The notes: generated from the sequence alone by a model not told the origin. Shown: positions 1 to 9,841, counted from the first letter of the stretch. The stretch is 64,000 bases of DNA from Candidatus Bruticola sp. (GCA_051874735.1 JBJEGD010000013.1:64001-128000); one strand, 5' to 3'. Program-made: numbers and translations.

Positions 1-362
1 TAAGGTCGTCGGCTACCAATACTTCTGAAAAAGCTTTCCATTATTCTTTACCTACTGAAGCCTTTCGTAAGGCCTCTGTAATTACATTTATAGCTTTAGC
101 GGCTGTGCTAGGTGGAACTTATCTTGTATCGCTTCTCGATCCGCAGCTTCCTTTTATCGATGTTCTTTTTGAAATGGTCAGCGCTTTTGGCACCGTCGGT
201 TTATCTACAGGTATAACCGTTAAGCTCAGTTTGGGCAGTAAAATTATCTCAATTCTTATGATGTATATGGGTAGATTAGGTCCGCTGACGATCGCCTCTC
301 TGTGGTATTTCAAAAAAGATGAGAGGGTTAGCTATCCTGTAGGGAATATTTTCATCGGCTAA
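1..362 (+). CDS. ktrB: Trk/Ktr-type potassium uptake membrane subunit, C-terminal part (5' end outside window)
   Basis: Frame is open from position 3. FEMVSAFGTVGLSTG pore-loop motif and MYMGRLGPLT...YPVGNIFIG C-terminus are typical of KtrB/TrkH. Adjacent to an RCK-domain gene. Confidence 0.9.
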   Translation, partial: RSSATNTSEKAFHYSLPTEAFRKASVITFIALAAVLGGTYLVSLLDPQLPFIDVLFEMVSAFGTVGLSTGITVKLSLGSKIISILMMYMGRLGPLTIASLWYFKKDERVSYPVGNIFIG

Positions 363-380
363 AGGAGGATTGGCTTTTGT

Positions 381-1052
381 ATGTTCGGTCAATCGAAAAG
401 ACGGAAAACAACTTACGCTGTAATAGGATTAGGACGTTTCGGTTACGCTTTGGCGGTGCATTTAGTTGAGTCAGGGGCAGATGTAATTGCTGCTGACAAA
501 GATGAAGAAATAGTGCGCGAAATACGCGAATACACTGAAGACGCCTTTGTTTTGCACAAATTTGATAAAAAATCTTTGGCTGAAGCAGGCATTCAAAATT
601 GTGACGTAGCTATTGTAGCTATAAGCGGCGATGAGATAGACGCTTCCATTTTAACGGCTTTGCATTTAGTTAGTCTGAAGGTTCCCAAAATAATCGCTCG
701 AGCTGTCAGTGTCGATCATGGTGAAATTTTAACTAAACTTGGAGTTGAAGTAGTTTATCCTGAAAGAGATATGGCCGTTCGTTTAGCGCATCGCTTAGAG
801 GCTGCTTCTGTTCTCGACTTTGTGCAGCTTAGTGAGAAGCTAAATATATCTAAACAGATGGTTCCTGCTCAGCTTATAGGTAAGACTGTAGTTGAAGCTA
901 ATTTACGCGTAAAGTTCGGAGTTAATATTATCGCAGTTGAGAATGGAGCCTCGCTGATTGAAATGGTTTTGCCTACTTATGTTTTTCGACCTGGCGACAT
1001 TTTATTCGTTTCTGGCAGCAAAGAGAGTCTCAATAAATTGTCAGAGTGGTGA
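381..1052 (+). CDS. ktrA: Ktr/Trk potassium uptake NAD-binding (RCK) subunit
   Basis: VIGLGRFG Rossmann motif, TrkA_N plus TrkA_C layout, AGGAGG SD upstream. Confidence 0.92.
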   Translation: MFGQSKRRKTTYAVIGLGRFGYALAVHLVESGADVIAADKDEEIVREIREYTEDAFVLHKFDKKSLAEAGIQNCDVAIVAISGDEIDASILTALHLVSLKVPKIIARAVSVDHGEILTKLGVEVVYPERDMAVRLAHRLEAASVLDFVQLSEKLNISKQMVPAQLIGKTVVEANLRVKFGVNIIAVENGASLIEMVLPTYVFRPGDILFVSGSKESLNKLSEW

Positions 1053-1081
1053 GATTTCTCCTGGTAATTTTTAAAAAGTCA

Positions 1082-1126
1082 TATAAACAAGAGCGGCAAT
1101 TCCTAGGATTGCCGCTCTTGTTTATA
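1082..1126. terminator. Bidirectional intrinsic terminator between convergent ktrA and alaS
   Basis: Perfect 19-bp inverted repeat TATAAACAAGAGCGGCAAT / ATTGCCGCTCTTGTTTATA with a 7-nt loop. Confidence 0.85.
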
Positions 1127-1146
1127 ATTGGTAGGTTACATGCTTA

Positions 1147-3837
1147 CTATTTTCCGGACTTAATTATTTCCGAGAATTGAGCCATAACCTCATCAAGTTT
1201 ACCCAAATCTTTAGCTCCGGCCATAGCCATATCGGCTCGTCCGCCTCCGCCGCCTCCCAAACGTTTGGCAGCTTCTTTGACGAGTCGGCCAGCCTGATAG
1301 CCTTGCTTTACGTATTCCGGAGTGACTAGCACAAGCAAACCCACTTTGTCCTGATTAGGACCGGCCAGTATGGCAATGCCGTTAAATTTCTGTTTAATCT
1401 CATCAGCCATGCTTCTTAATTCATCGGGAGAAGCACTTTCTAATTTGATCGTTAGAACAGGAATACCGTCTACACTAACAGCTTTATTGAGCACATCAGC
1501 AGCTTTGGCAGAGGCTAAAGCTGATTTAGCTCTTTCCAGTTCTTTTTCTAATTTCTTTTGGTTGTCCAGCATAGCCGTCAATCGGCTGTTGAGTTCCGTC
1601 GCATTAGTATGCAAAATTTCGCAGGCTTGATCTAAGCTCTTTTGAGTACGTTCTGCCAGCTCCAGAGCTGCCAATCCTGCTGCCGCTTCTATACGGCGCA
1701 CGCCTGAAGCGATAGCTCCTTCAGAGATAATTTTGAATAGACCTATATCTCCAGTGCGCTTGCAGTGACAGCCACCGCAAAGTTCTTGGGAGAAGCCGTC
1801 GTAGCTGGGAGTATCAGCCGCAGAACTGTTTTTGCCGCCAACATTAATCACACGCACTTTGCTACCGTATTTATCGCCGAAGAAAGCAATTACAGAGTCT
1901 GGTTTGTCAGTTATATCGATTTCAAACCAGCTGACCCCAGTATTGCTGACTACTTCAGAGTTAATCATTTTTTCGATAGCAGCCAAGTTCTCTTTGCTGA
2001 CTGCTTCAGAACAAGTGAAGTCGAAACGCAATCTGTCGGGAGCTACTAAGGATCCTTGCTGATGTACTTCCGTACCTAAAATTGCGCGCAGAGCGTGGTG
2101 AAGCAGGTGAGTAGAAGTATGATGGCGTTCGATGGCTCGGCGTCTCGAGCTGTCTATAGAGGCTTCGACTTCCTGACCTATCTGCAAAGCCTCTAAGTCG
2201 GGCCCTTCAGCCACAAAATGCATAATCACGCCTTCTCGCTGCTTAGTGTCGTTGACCTGAAGTTTGTGACCGGCCCAGTTGATAAATCCGGTATCTCCTA
2301 CCTGACCACCCATTTCGGCGTAAAACACTGTCTGATCTAAAACGATGGCGCGACTGCTTGGTTGACCAATAACGGCTATCACTTTAGCAGAGCAGCTGTC
2401 CTGAGTATAACCTATAAAATGGGTGGGCCGTAAATCGAGCTTTTCACTCTCAGCTATTTGAGCTGTTTTGACACGGGCTGCTCTGGCTCTCTGTTTCTGT
2501 TCTTCCATATATTGGTTGAATGAGGCTTCGTCGACTTCGTAGCCTTTTTCTTTGGCCATCACGGCAGTTAAATCGTAGGGAAAACCATAAGTATCGTAGA
2601 GGCGGAAGGCTGCACTTCCAGGAAAGATGCGACTGCTGTCGTTCTCCGCTTCGAGTCGGGCTAATTCTTCTTCAAAGAGAGCAATACCTCGATCGAGAGT
2701 TTGATTAAAAGAGGTCTCTTCTCCTTTTATTATACGGCAAATTTTAGTTTCTTCACGAATAAGCTCAGGGTAGGCTTGGCCCATAATTTCGTTGAGTACC
2801 GGCAGAAGTTTGTAAAGGAAGGGCTCGTTTAACCCCAATTTGCGGCCGTAACGAGCAGCGCGGCGTAAAATGCGGCGAATTACATAGCCGCGTCCTTCAT
2901 TAGAAGGTAAAGCGCCATCGGCAATAGAGAAAGCCACCATACGCAGATGATCGGCGCACACGCGCATAGCCGCGGAGATCTCATCTTTAGATACGCCTTT
3001 GGTGTACTTCAAGCCAGATAGTTTTTCTAACTCGGCAATAATGGGGCGGAAAAGAGCTGAATCGTAGTTAGAAATTTCTACTTGGAAGTCGGTGCAGTCT
3101 TTAGTGCATTCCATAACGGCAGCAATGCGCTCTAAACCAGCACCAGTATCTACGTTGCAGTTCGGCAATTTGTGCAGTCCGTCTTTATCAGCGTTAAACT
3201 CAGTGAAGACTAAATTCCAGAGTTCGATCACACAAGGCGAACTGCCGTTAACTAGGGGACCACCGCTCATATCGGGAGTCAGGTCAATATGAATTTCTGT
3301 GCAGGGGCCGCAGGGACCAACTTCTCCCATCATCCAGAAATTGTCTTTGGCTCCAAAGCGTTTAATATGATCTGGAGCGATATCAGTTACTTGCTGCCAA
3401 AGCATTTCGGCTTCGGTGTCAGCTGGTAATCCTTTAGCTTCATCACCGCCGAAAACGGTGGCATACAAACGCTCTTTGGGCAAATGCCAACGTTTAGTGA
3501 GCAGTTCCCAAGCCCATTCTATAGCTTCGCGTTTGTAATAATCGCCGAACGACCAGTTACCTAACATTTCAAACAATGTATGATGGTAAGTGTCTAAACC
3601 TACTTCTTCCAGATCGTTGTGCTTACCGGAAACTCGAATACACTTTTGAGAATCGGCTATACGGCGGTGAGTCGGAGTAGCTTGTCCCAGAAAATAGGGC
3701 TTAAATTGGTTCATGCCAGCATTTGTGAACATGAGAGTGGGGTCATCATGAGGCACAACTGAAGCGGAAGGAACTATCTGGTGGCCCTTCTCACGAAAAA
3801 AGTCGAGGAATGATTGACGAATTTCTGCAGCGTTCAT
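1147..3837 (-). CDS. alaS: Alanine--tRNA ligase
   Basis: DPTLMFTNAGMNQFK, HHTLFEMLGNWSFGDY, editing-domain HxxxH and ELCGG, C-terminal DHHA1 GGGGGG..MAMAG; 896 aa. Confidence 0.99.
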   Translation of the reverse strand: MNAAEIRQSFLDFFREKGHQIVPSASVVPHDDPTLMFTNAGMNQFKPYFLGQATPTHRRIADSQKCIRVSGKHNDLEEVGLDTYHHTLFEMLGNWSFGDYYKREAIEWAWELLTKRWHLPKERLYATVFGGDEAKGLPADTEAEMLWQQVTDIAPDHIKRFGAKDNFWMMGEVGPCGPCTEIHIDLTPDMSGGPLVNGSSPCVIELWNLVFTEFNADKDGLHKLPNCNVDTGAGLERIAAVMECTKDCTDFQVEISNYDSALFRPIIAELEKLSGLKYTKGVSKDEISAAMRVCADHLRMVAFSIADGALPSNEGRGYVIRRILRRAARYGRKLGLNEPFLYKLLPVLNEIMGQAYPELIREETKICRIIKGEETSFNQTLDRGIALFEEELARLEAENDSSRIFPGSAAFRLYDTYGFPYDLTAVMAKEKGYEVDEASFNQYMEEQKQRARAARVKTAQIAESEKLDLRPTHFIGYTQDSCSAKVIAVIGQPSSRAIVLDQTVFYAEMGGQVGDTGFINWAGHKLQVNDTKQREGVIMHFVAEGPDLEALQIGQEVEASIDSSRRRAIERHHTSTHLLHHALRAILGTEVHQQGSLVAPDRLRFDFTCSEAVSKENLAAIEKMINSEVVSNTGVSWFEIDITDKPDSVIAFFGDKYGSKVRVINVGGKNSSAADTPSYDGFSQELCGGCHCKRTGDIGLFKIISEGAIASGVRRIEAAAGLAALELAERTQKSLDQACEILHTNATELNSRLTAMLDNQKKLEKELERAKSALASAKAADVLNKAVSVDGIPVLTIKLESASPDELRSMADEIKQKFNGIAILAGPNQDKVGLLVLVTPEYVKQGYQAGRLVKEAAKRLGGGGGGRADMAMAGAKDLGKLDEVMAQFSEIIKSGK

Positions 3838-3919
3838 AAAGTTCTCTCAATCTGCTTAATTTTTTTGAGTTTGGATACAGTTTATAAGGCATTACAGCCT
3901 AAGACTGGTTAAACAAAAG

Positions 3920-3993
3920 CCGACAGGGACGCAACTGTGACATACGACACTCTCTGCAGGCGAGGGCGCCGTCAACCGCGTTGAACCTGTCGG
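3920..3993 (-). terminator. Long imperfect hairpin followed by a U-rich tract between dapE and alaS (terminator or leader element)
   Basis: Minus-strand CCGACAGG...CCTGTCGG outer stem, nested ACGCGGTT/AGTTGCGT and ACGGCGCCCTC/GAGAGTGTCGT stems, then CTTTTGTTT. Confidence 0.55.
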
Positions 3994-4021
3994 AAATTAT
4001 TTTTTTGGCTTATTTTGTCAA
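3994..4021 (-). promoter_or_regulatory. Putative sigma70 promoter for alaS
   Basis: Minus-strand TTGACA (4021-4016), 16-nt spacer, TAATTT (3999-3994). Confidence 0.5.
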
Positions 4022-4027
4022 GTTCAG

Positions 4028-5104
4028 TTAAGCTTCTGAAGTTGCTTCAACTTGGCAAATTTCGGTTAAGAAAATGGATAGCAGCTTATAACATTCTTCC
4101 AAACGGCTAGTTTCTACCCATTCAATGGCTTGATGGCAGCGATCCGGATCACCAGGTCCGAAGTTAACGGCAGGAATACTGTTAGCAGTAAGTCTAGCCA
4201 GATCTGTCCAAGCCTGTTTAGGCTCTACTTGGAGCGAACAGCGTTCTATCCACCCTTGCATTAAAGGATGGCTGACACAAACTTGTCCAGGCACAGATAC
4301 ATCGCGTACTCTGACCGAGGCCAGATCGCCAACCAATTTGGTCAGTTCGGCGACTACATCGCTGTCCGTGCGGTTGGGAGCAAAGCGGGCATTGACGTTT
4401 ATTTCAAACTTATCGGGTATAACGTTAGCCGCGTTAGAAGTAGTAGCCATGGTGGGACTCATTACTTCGTAAAAGGTTAAACCGCTGATATTTACTTCCC
4501 GTCTGGGTAGATCACGCAGTTTCGCTAATAAGGGGAGAGAGCGGAATATTGCGTTTTGGCCTTGCCAAGGACGGGCCGAGTGGGCACGCTTGCCTTCGAC
4601 AGTGACGATGGCGTGGAGTCCTCCCATGCAGCCGGCCATAATCACGTTATTAGTTGGTTCCAAAACTATAGCAAAATCGATGGGAGGAAGGCTAGATATT
4701 AGAGTGCGCATGCCGTTACCTTCATCTGGTCCTTCTTCGCCCTCATAGAATACGGCTACTAGATCGGCATTAAACTTTTCGTAGTCTTTGAGCAGCCCCA
4801 GCATAATAGCAACGCCGCTCTTCATATCAGAGGAACCGCAACCGTAAAGGCGCCCTTCTTTGATAATTCCCAGAGGCTGTTGTGGATCGGCCGGCACAGT
4901 ATCTATATGGCCGAATAGACCAATTACCGGGCGGTCGCCATGTTGCGGCGGACAAACAATGAGATTGTTGCGAGAACGGCTTAGAGGTAAGCCTGGTAGC
5001 TCCTTGCGCACCCAGGATTCAATGAAATCGCACACTTCTTTTTCATTTTTAGTTTGACTGGGAATTGCTACCAACTTTTGAGTTAAAGAAACCAAATCGA
5101 TCAT
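4028..5104 (-). CDS. dapE: Succinyl-diaminopimelate desuccinylase (M20 family)
   Basis: GHIDTV, GCGSSDMKSG, EGEE, GKRAHSARPWQG, AWTD, GPGD..H metal-site motifs. Overlaps the dapD stop (ATGA). Confidence 0.9.
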   Translation of the reverse strand: MIDLVSLTQKLVAIPSQTKNEKEVCDFIESWVRKELPGLPLSRSRNNLIVCPPQHGDRPVIGLFGHIDTVPADPQQPLGIIKEGRLYGCGSSDMKSGVAIMLGLLKDYEKFNADLVAVFYEGEEGPDEGNGMRTLISSLPPIDFAIVLEPTNNVIMAGCMGGLHAIVTVEGKRAHSARPWQGQNAIFRSLPLLAKLRDLPRREVNISGLTFYEVMSPTMATTSNAANVIPDKFEINVNARFAPNRTDSDVVAELTKLVGDLASVRVRDVSVPGQVCVSHPLMQGWIERCSLQVEPKQAWTDLARLTANSIPAVNFGPGDPDRCHQAIEWVETSRLEECYKLLSIFLTEICQVEATSEA

Positions 5105-5904
5105 TCTGGAGCTCCAAAATTACGTAAAGCCTGGTTTAAACTGGTCTTGCTGTCTTCGCCAGCTCGGCGACTTCCAATAATAAGAGCGCAGGGCAAGTTA
5201 TAGACGCCGCCCGGAAACTGGCGAGGACGAGTGCCGGGGATAACCACTGAATTGGGGGGAATAAATCCTTTATAAACTTTGTTTTCGGTGGTCGTGACGT
5301 CAATAATAGGGGTTGAAGCGGTGATAGTTGTACCAGCGCCGATAATGGAACCTTCACCTACTAATACGCCCTCAACAATGACGCTATCAGCGCCTATAAA
5401 ACAGCCGTCTTCAACTATTACGGGCTGAGCTCCGGCCGGTTCAAGCACGCCGCCGATAATAACTCCAGCAGCTAAATGTACATTAGCACCAATTTGAGCG
5501 CAGCTGCCTACTAAACTCCAAGTATCGGCCATAGTTCCAGGACCTATATATGCTCCTATATTGACATAACCGACCATTAGAATGGAACCTGGAGCCATAT
5601 AAGCACCGTAGCGAACCGTTCCTGGAGGAACTGCACGCACTCCGGCTTTATGCAAATTAGATTTTAAGATTATCTTATCTCTGTATTCGAAAGGAGGCAA
5701 CTCCCAAGTCTGCATTTCTGTTATAGAGAAGTAGAGTAAAATGGCTTCTTTGATCCAAGTGTTGACTTGCCAAGTTCCGTTAACCTTTTCTGCGACTCTC
5801 AGCTCTCCTTTATCGAGCGCCTCAATGACAGCTAAGATGTCCTGCTTAGCTTTTGCTAATAAGCTTCTATCATTAAAAGCCTGAGAAATTAGTTGTTGAT
5901 CCAT
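5101..5904 (-). CDS. dapD: 2,3,4,5-tetrahydropyridine-2,6-dicarboxylate N-succinyltransferase
   Basis: GELRVAE..WQVNTWIKEAILLYF, VNIGAY, GSCAQIG, IGGVLEP, hexapeptide repeats, SLNQALR end. Confidence 0.96.
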   Translation of the reverse strand: MDQQLISQAFNDRSLLAKAKQDILAVIEALDKGELRVAEKVNGTWQVNTWIKEAILLYFSITEMQTWELPPFEYRDKIILKSNLHKAGVRAVPPGTVRYGAYMAPGSILMVGYVNIGAYIGPGTMADTWSLVGSCAQIGANVHLAAGVIIGGVLEPAGAQPVIVEDGCFIGADSVIVEGVLVGEGSIIGAGTTITASTPIIDVTTTENKVYKGFIPPNSVVIPGTRPRQFPGGVYNLPCALIIGSRRAGEDSKTSLNQALRNFGAPE

Positions 5905-6079
5905 GGGGGGCGCAATTCTGCAATAAAGCCCTATTCCCTTGTTAAATAAGAGTGGAAGAACTGGTGAGTAAGCACAGGAACGGCTTGATAATAAAATTAT
6001 AATTGATGATACAATATTGTAAGCGGTACAGCGACTTATAAAAAAATATTTTTCTTTCTATTATAATTATAGGGATAAA

Positions 6080-6097
6080 TTGTGCAGATATGCAGAA
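6080..6097. promoter_or_regulatory. Putative Rex operator (ROP)
   Basis: TTGTGCA-GATA-TGCAGAA is an 18-bp near-palindrome resembling TTGTGAA-N4-TTCACAA, in the AT-rich region upstream of rex-adhE. Confidence 0.55.
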
Positions 6098-6275
6098 AAA
6101 AAACGCAAAACTAACATTACTGTTGCATTTATCGATAAAAAAATATTGATATGTGTTCTCTTTTGTGCTTTACTGAAAGTAATACGGGAGCCTGCTTTGA
6201 ATGCTGAGGCTTTGGTTGTGCTGTCTATATCTGACACAGCCTGTAGCTTTTAGCTCCGCTGGACGGGTGAGTTTC

Positions 6276-6938
6276 TTGAGAAGTTTCGGAGTGTCTAAAC
6301 AAACTTTACAGCGCCTGCCCATTTATTTGGCTTATTTGCGCACCTTGCCGGAATCAGAACAAAGGGTATCTGCATCTTCTATAGCCTCTGCTCTAAATCT
6401 CAATGATGTCCAGGTACGCAAAGATTTGGCTTCAGTAAGTTCTTCAGGCCGACCTAAAGTCGGATATCCAGTTAAAGTCCTGCGTGAAGAACTTGAGAGC
6501 TTTCTAGGTTACCGTAATATCGATTCCGCTATTATTGTAGGTGCTGGCCATTTAGGGAGGGCTTTGCTTAACTACAGCGGTTTTAAGGCCTACGGATTGG
6601 AAATTTTGGCCGCTTTTGATATTGACAGCAGCTTAGCAGGGCAAGATAGAGGCCGGATCCTGCCTTTAGATAGACTGAAAGATCTTTGCGACAGCCTACA
6701 TCCCAGAATAGGTATCATCACTGTGCCGGCTGAAGCTGCCCAGGAAGTGTGCGATTTGATGGTCGCTTCAGGTATAGAGGCTGTTTGGAATTTTGCTCCC
6801 GTACATTTGCGCGTAGATGAGAAAATTTTTGTGACGAATGAAAATATGGCTGTTCATTTAGCTGTTATTTCTAATTACTTACGGGCGTCTTTGCGCAGAG
6901 AGGTAAATTTAGCAAATTACGATGAAAGCGCCGTTTAA
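6276..6938 (+). CDS. rex: Redox-sensing transcriptional repressor Rex (start probably TTG 6276 or GTG 6291, not 6201)
   Basis: TLQRLPIYL, QVRKDL..GRPKVGY winged helix, GAGHLG NAD-binding motif, IITVP, WNFAP. Confidence 0.95.
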   Translation: MRSFGVSKQTLQRLPIYLAYLRTLPESEQRVSASSIASALNLNDVQVRKDLASVSSSGRPKVGYPVKVLREELESFLGYRNIDSAIIVGAGHLGRALLNYSGFKAYGLEILAAFDIDSSLAGQDRGRILPLDRLKDLCDSLHPRIGIITVPAEAAQEVCDLMVASGIEAVWNFAPVHLRVDEKIFVTNENMAVHLAVISNYLRASLRREVNLANYDESAV

Positions 6939-7222
6939 TTTTTCAGCGTGAAGCTGGATTTTGTTACTCAGTTTTGTCTCGCTATCTGAGATGGGGCAGG
7001 GCATTACTGTTTGTGATTGAATGGAGACGGCGCACATAAAGTATTTTTATACCGTGCGGACCACGGGAATTTAAGCCTGTACGAGGGAATGTCGTCGGCA
7101 CTCTCTGTCTGGAGCTACGGCCGGACGGTGTACCCTGCAATTCGGGAAGCCCTTGCCGCTGAAGGCGTCATGCAGTGGGCGGTTCACAAAAAATGCTTAA
7201 TTCCTGAAATGGAGATTGATAT

Positions 7223-9832
7223 ATGAGCACCAAGTTGGAATATACGGTCGTTGATAGTCTGGAGACTCTCCAGGACGCCTTAAAGCGCCTCAGAGAAGCT
7301 CAGAAAATCTACGCTACATTTACCCAGGAACAGGTCGACAAGATCTTTTTTGCCGCTGCTTCAGCAGCCGACCAGCAGCGTATCCCGCTGGCTAAGATGG
7401 CTCATGAAGAGACCGGCATGGGCATAGTTGAAGATAAGATTATCAAGAATCACTTTGCGGCTGAGTATATCTACAATACTTATAAGGATACCAAGACCTG
7501 CGGTTTGGTTCAGGATGACAAAGCTGGCGGTTTTAAAACTTATTTAGAGCCCGTTGGTATTATTGCGGCCATTATTCCCACAACCAACCCCACTTCTACG
7601 GCCATATTTAAGACATTATTGGCCTTGAAAACCAGAAACGGTATTATTATCAGTCCTCACCCCAGGGCTAAGCAGAGCACTATTGCTGCAGCTAAAATAG
7701 TTTTAGAAGCTGCTGTAGCGGCCGGCGCTCCTGAGGGCATTATCGCTTGGGTCGACGTCCCTTCTCTTGAACTTAGCAACTTAGTTATGAAGAGCGCTGA
7801 TCGTATTCTGGCGACTGGCGGCCCCGGTATGGTCAAAGCTGCTTATTCCTCTGGTGTGCCTGCTGTGGGTGTAGGCGCCGGCAATGCCCCTGCTTTAATC
7901 GATGACAGTGCTGATATAGTCGTAGCCGTAAATTCAATTATCCATTCTAAAACTTTTGACAACGGTATGATTTGCGCCTCTGAGCAGTCCGTGGTGGTTT
8001 TGGATGGAGTTTATGACGCTGTCAAGGCTGAATTTGTCAAGCGCGGATGCTATTTGCTCAACGATATGGAAACTGAGCGTGTTCGCAAGACAATGCTCAT
8101 TAATGGCGCTCTTAACGCCAAAATTGTCGGACAGCCCGCTTATAAAATTGCTGAGCTCGCTGGTATTAAAGTGCCGGAAGACACAAAGGTTTTGATTGGC
8201 GAAGTAGAGCGTGCCGACTTTACTGAAGAATTTGCCCACGAAAAGCTCTCGCCCATTTTGGGTATGTACAGAGCTAAAGACTTCGATGAAGCGTTAGTAA
8301 AAGCTGAAGGTTTAGTAGAATATGGTGGTTTAGGTCACACTGCTTCTATTTATCTCGACCCCGTAAACTGTCAAGACAAGCTGGAGCGTTTCACTGCCAA
8401 AATGCACACCTGCCGCATTTTGGTTAATACTCCGTCTTCCTTCGGTGGCATAGGTGACCTCTACAACTTCCGCTTAGCTCCATCCTTAACTTTAGGCTGC
8501 GGTTCTTGGGGAGGCAACTCGGTCTCTGAGAACGTCGGAGTAAAGCACTTGCTCAATACTAAGTTTGTTGTGGAAAGAAAAGAAAATATGCTCTGGTTCC
8601 GTGCTCCTGAAAAAGTTTACTTTAAGCGCGGCTGCTTGCCCACCGCTCTTCAAGAGCTGCGCGATGTCATGAACAAAAAGCGCGTCTTTATCGTTACCGA
8701 TGAGTTCTTATTCAAAAATGGTTACACTAAGCCTATTACCGATAAGCTCGACGAACTTGGCATCACTCATACTAGCTTCTTCGAAGTAGCTCCCGACCCG
8801 TCATTGGCTTCTGCCAAAAAGGGCGCCGAAGCTATGCGAGCTTTCTGCCCCGACTGTATTATTGCCATCGGTGGTGGTTCTGCTATGGACGCTGGTAAAA
8901 TTATGTGGGTGCTGTACGAGCATCCCGAGGTAGATTTCATGGATATGGCTATGCGTTTCATGGATATCCGTAAGCGTGTTTACACCTTCCCTCACATGGG
9001 TGATAAGGCCTACTTTATCGCTGTTCCTACTTCAGCTGGTACTGGTTCGGAAGTTACCCCGTTCGCTGTAATTACCGACGAAAAGACCGGGATTAAGTAT
9101 CCTTTAGCTGATTATGAGTTACTGCCCAAAATGGCTATCATCGATTCCGACATGATGATGAATATGCCTCGTGGCTTGACTTCCGCTTCAGGTATTGACG
9201 CCTTAACTCACGACCTCGAAGCTTACGCTTCTATGATGGCTACTGAGTTTACCGATGGTATAGCTATGCGCTCTGCCAAAGATATTTTCAAATATCTGCC
9301 TCGTGCCTACAATAACGGCGCCTCCGATCCTGAAGCTCGTGAGAAGATGGCCCACGCTTCCACTATGGCTGGTATGGCTTTTGCCAATGCTTTCTTGGGA
9401 GTTTGCCACTCTATGGCTCACAAGCTGGGAGCCTTCCACCATATTCCGCACGGCATTGCCAACGCTCTACTTATTTGCCAAGTGCTGCGTTACAATGCTG
9501 CTGAAGTTCCTCCGAAGATGGGAACCTTCCCGCAGTACGCTTATCCGCATATGCTGTCCCGTTATGCAGATTTTGCTAGGTATTTAGGTTTCGGCGGTAA
9601 AGATGATCAGGAAAGCTTGGACAACTTAGTTGCAGCTATTGAAGATCTGAAGAAGCAGGTCGGCATCAAGCCTACTATCCGCGACTACGGTGTAGAAGAG
9701 CAGTACTTCCTTGATAAGCTCGATGCTATGACTGAGCAGGCTTTCGATGATCAGTGCACTGGTGCCAACCCTCGCTATCCTTTGATGAAAGAAATCAAAG
9801 AAATGTATTTGAAGGCTTATTACGGTAACTAG
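7223..9832 (+). CDS. adhE: Bifunctional acetaldehyde-CoA/alcohol dehydrogenase
   Basis: ALDH domain (PTTNPTST, GGPGMV, FDNGMICASEQ, LGCGSWGGNS) fused to an Fe-ADH domain (GGGSAMD, GTGSEVT, HSMAHKLG..HIPHG); 869 aa. Confidence 0.99.
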   Translation: MSTKLEYTVVDSLETLQDALKRLREAQKIYATFTQEQVDKIFFAAASAADQQRIPLAKMAHEETGMGIVEDKIIKNHFAAEYIYNTYKDTKTCGLVQDDKAGGFKTYLEPVGIIAAIIPTTNPTSTAIFKTLLALKTRNGIIISPHPRAKQSTIAAAKIVLEAAVAAGAPEGIIAWVDVPSLELSNLVMKSADRILATGGPGMVKAAYSSGVPAVGVGAGNAPALIDDSADIVVAVNSIIHSKTFDNGMICASEQSVVVLDGVYDAVKAEFVKRGCYLLNDMETERVRKTMLINGALNAKIVGQPAYKIAELAGIKVPEDTKVLIGEVERADFTEEFAHEKLSPILGMYRAKDFDEALVKAEGLVEYGGLGHTASIYLDPVNCQDKLERFTAKMHTCRILVNTPSSFGGIGDLYNFRLAPSLTLGCGSWGGNSVSENVGVKHLLNTKFVVERKENMLWFRAPEKVYFKRGCLPTALQELRDVMNKKRVFIVTDEFLFKNGYTKPITDKLDELGITHTSFFEVAPDPSLASAKKGAEAMRAFCPDCIIAIGGGSAMDAGKIMWVLYEHPEVDFMDMAMRFMDIRKRVYTFPHMGDKAYFIAVPTSAGTGSEVTPFAVITDEKTGIKYPLADYELLPKMAIIDSDMMMNMPRGLTSASGIDALTHDLEAYASMMATEFTDGIAMRSAKDIFKYLPRAYNNGASDPEAREKMAHASTMAGMAFANAFLGVCHSMAHKLGAFHHIPHGIANALLICQVLRYNAAEVPPKMGTFPQYAYPHMLSRYADFARYLGFGGKDDQESLDNLVAAIEDLKKQVGIKPTIRDYGVEEQYFLDKLDAMTEQAFDDQCTGANPRYPLMKEIKEMYLKAYYGN

Positions 9833-9841
9833 GAGGACAAT

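Noticed and set aside
3840-4020. T-box, SAH or lysine riboswitch upstream of alaS
   Set aside because: No GGTGGNACC antiterminator bulge or specifier stem, and only superficial word matches to riboswitch consensus; kept only as an unassigned hairpin.
6201-6275. 25-aa N-terminal extension of Rex
   Set aside because: Rex homology starts near VSKQTLQRL; a downstream TTG/GTG start with an SD-like GGGTGAG is more plausible.
7171-7188. Rex box directly before adhE
   Set aside because: Only the right half-site TTCACAA is present; the left half does not match.
7017-7226. 69-aa ORF before adhE
   Set aside because: TTG start without a clear SD and no recognisable motif; the region is better explained as a structured leader, though a leader peptide is not excluded.
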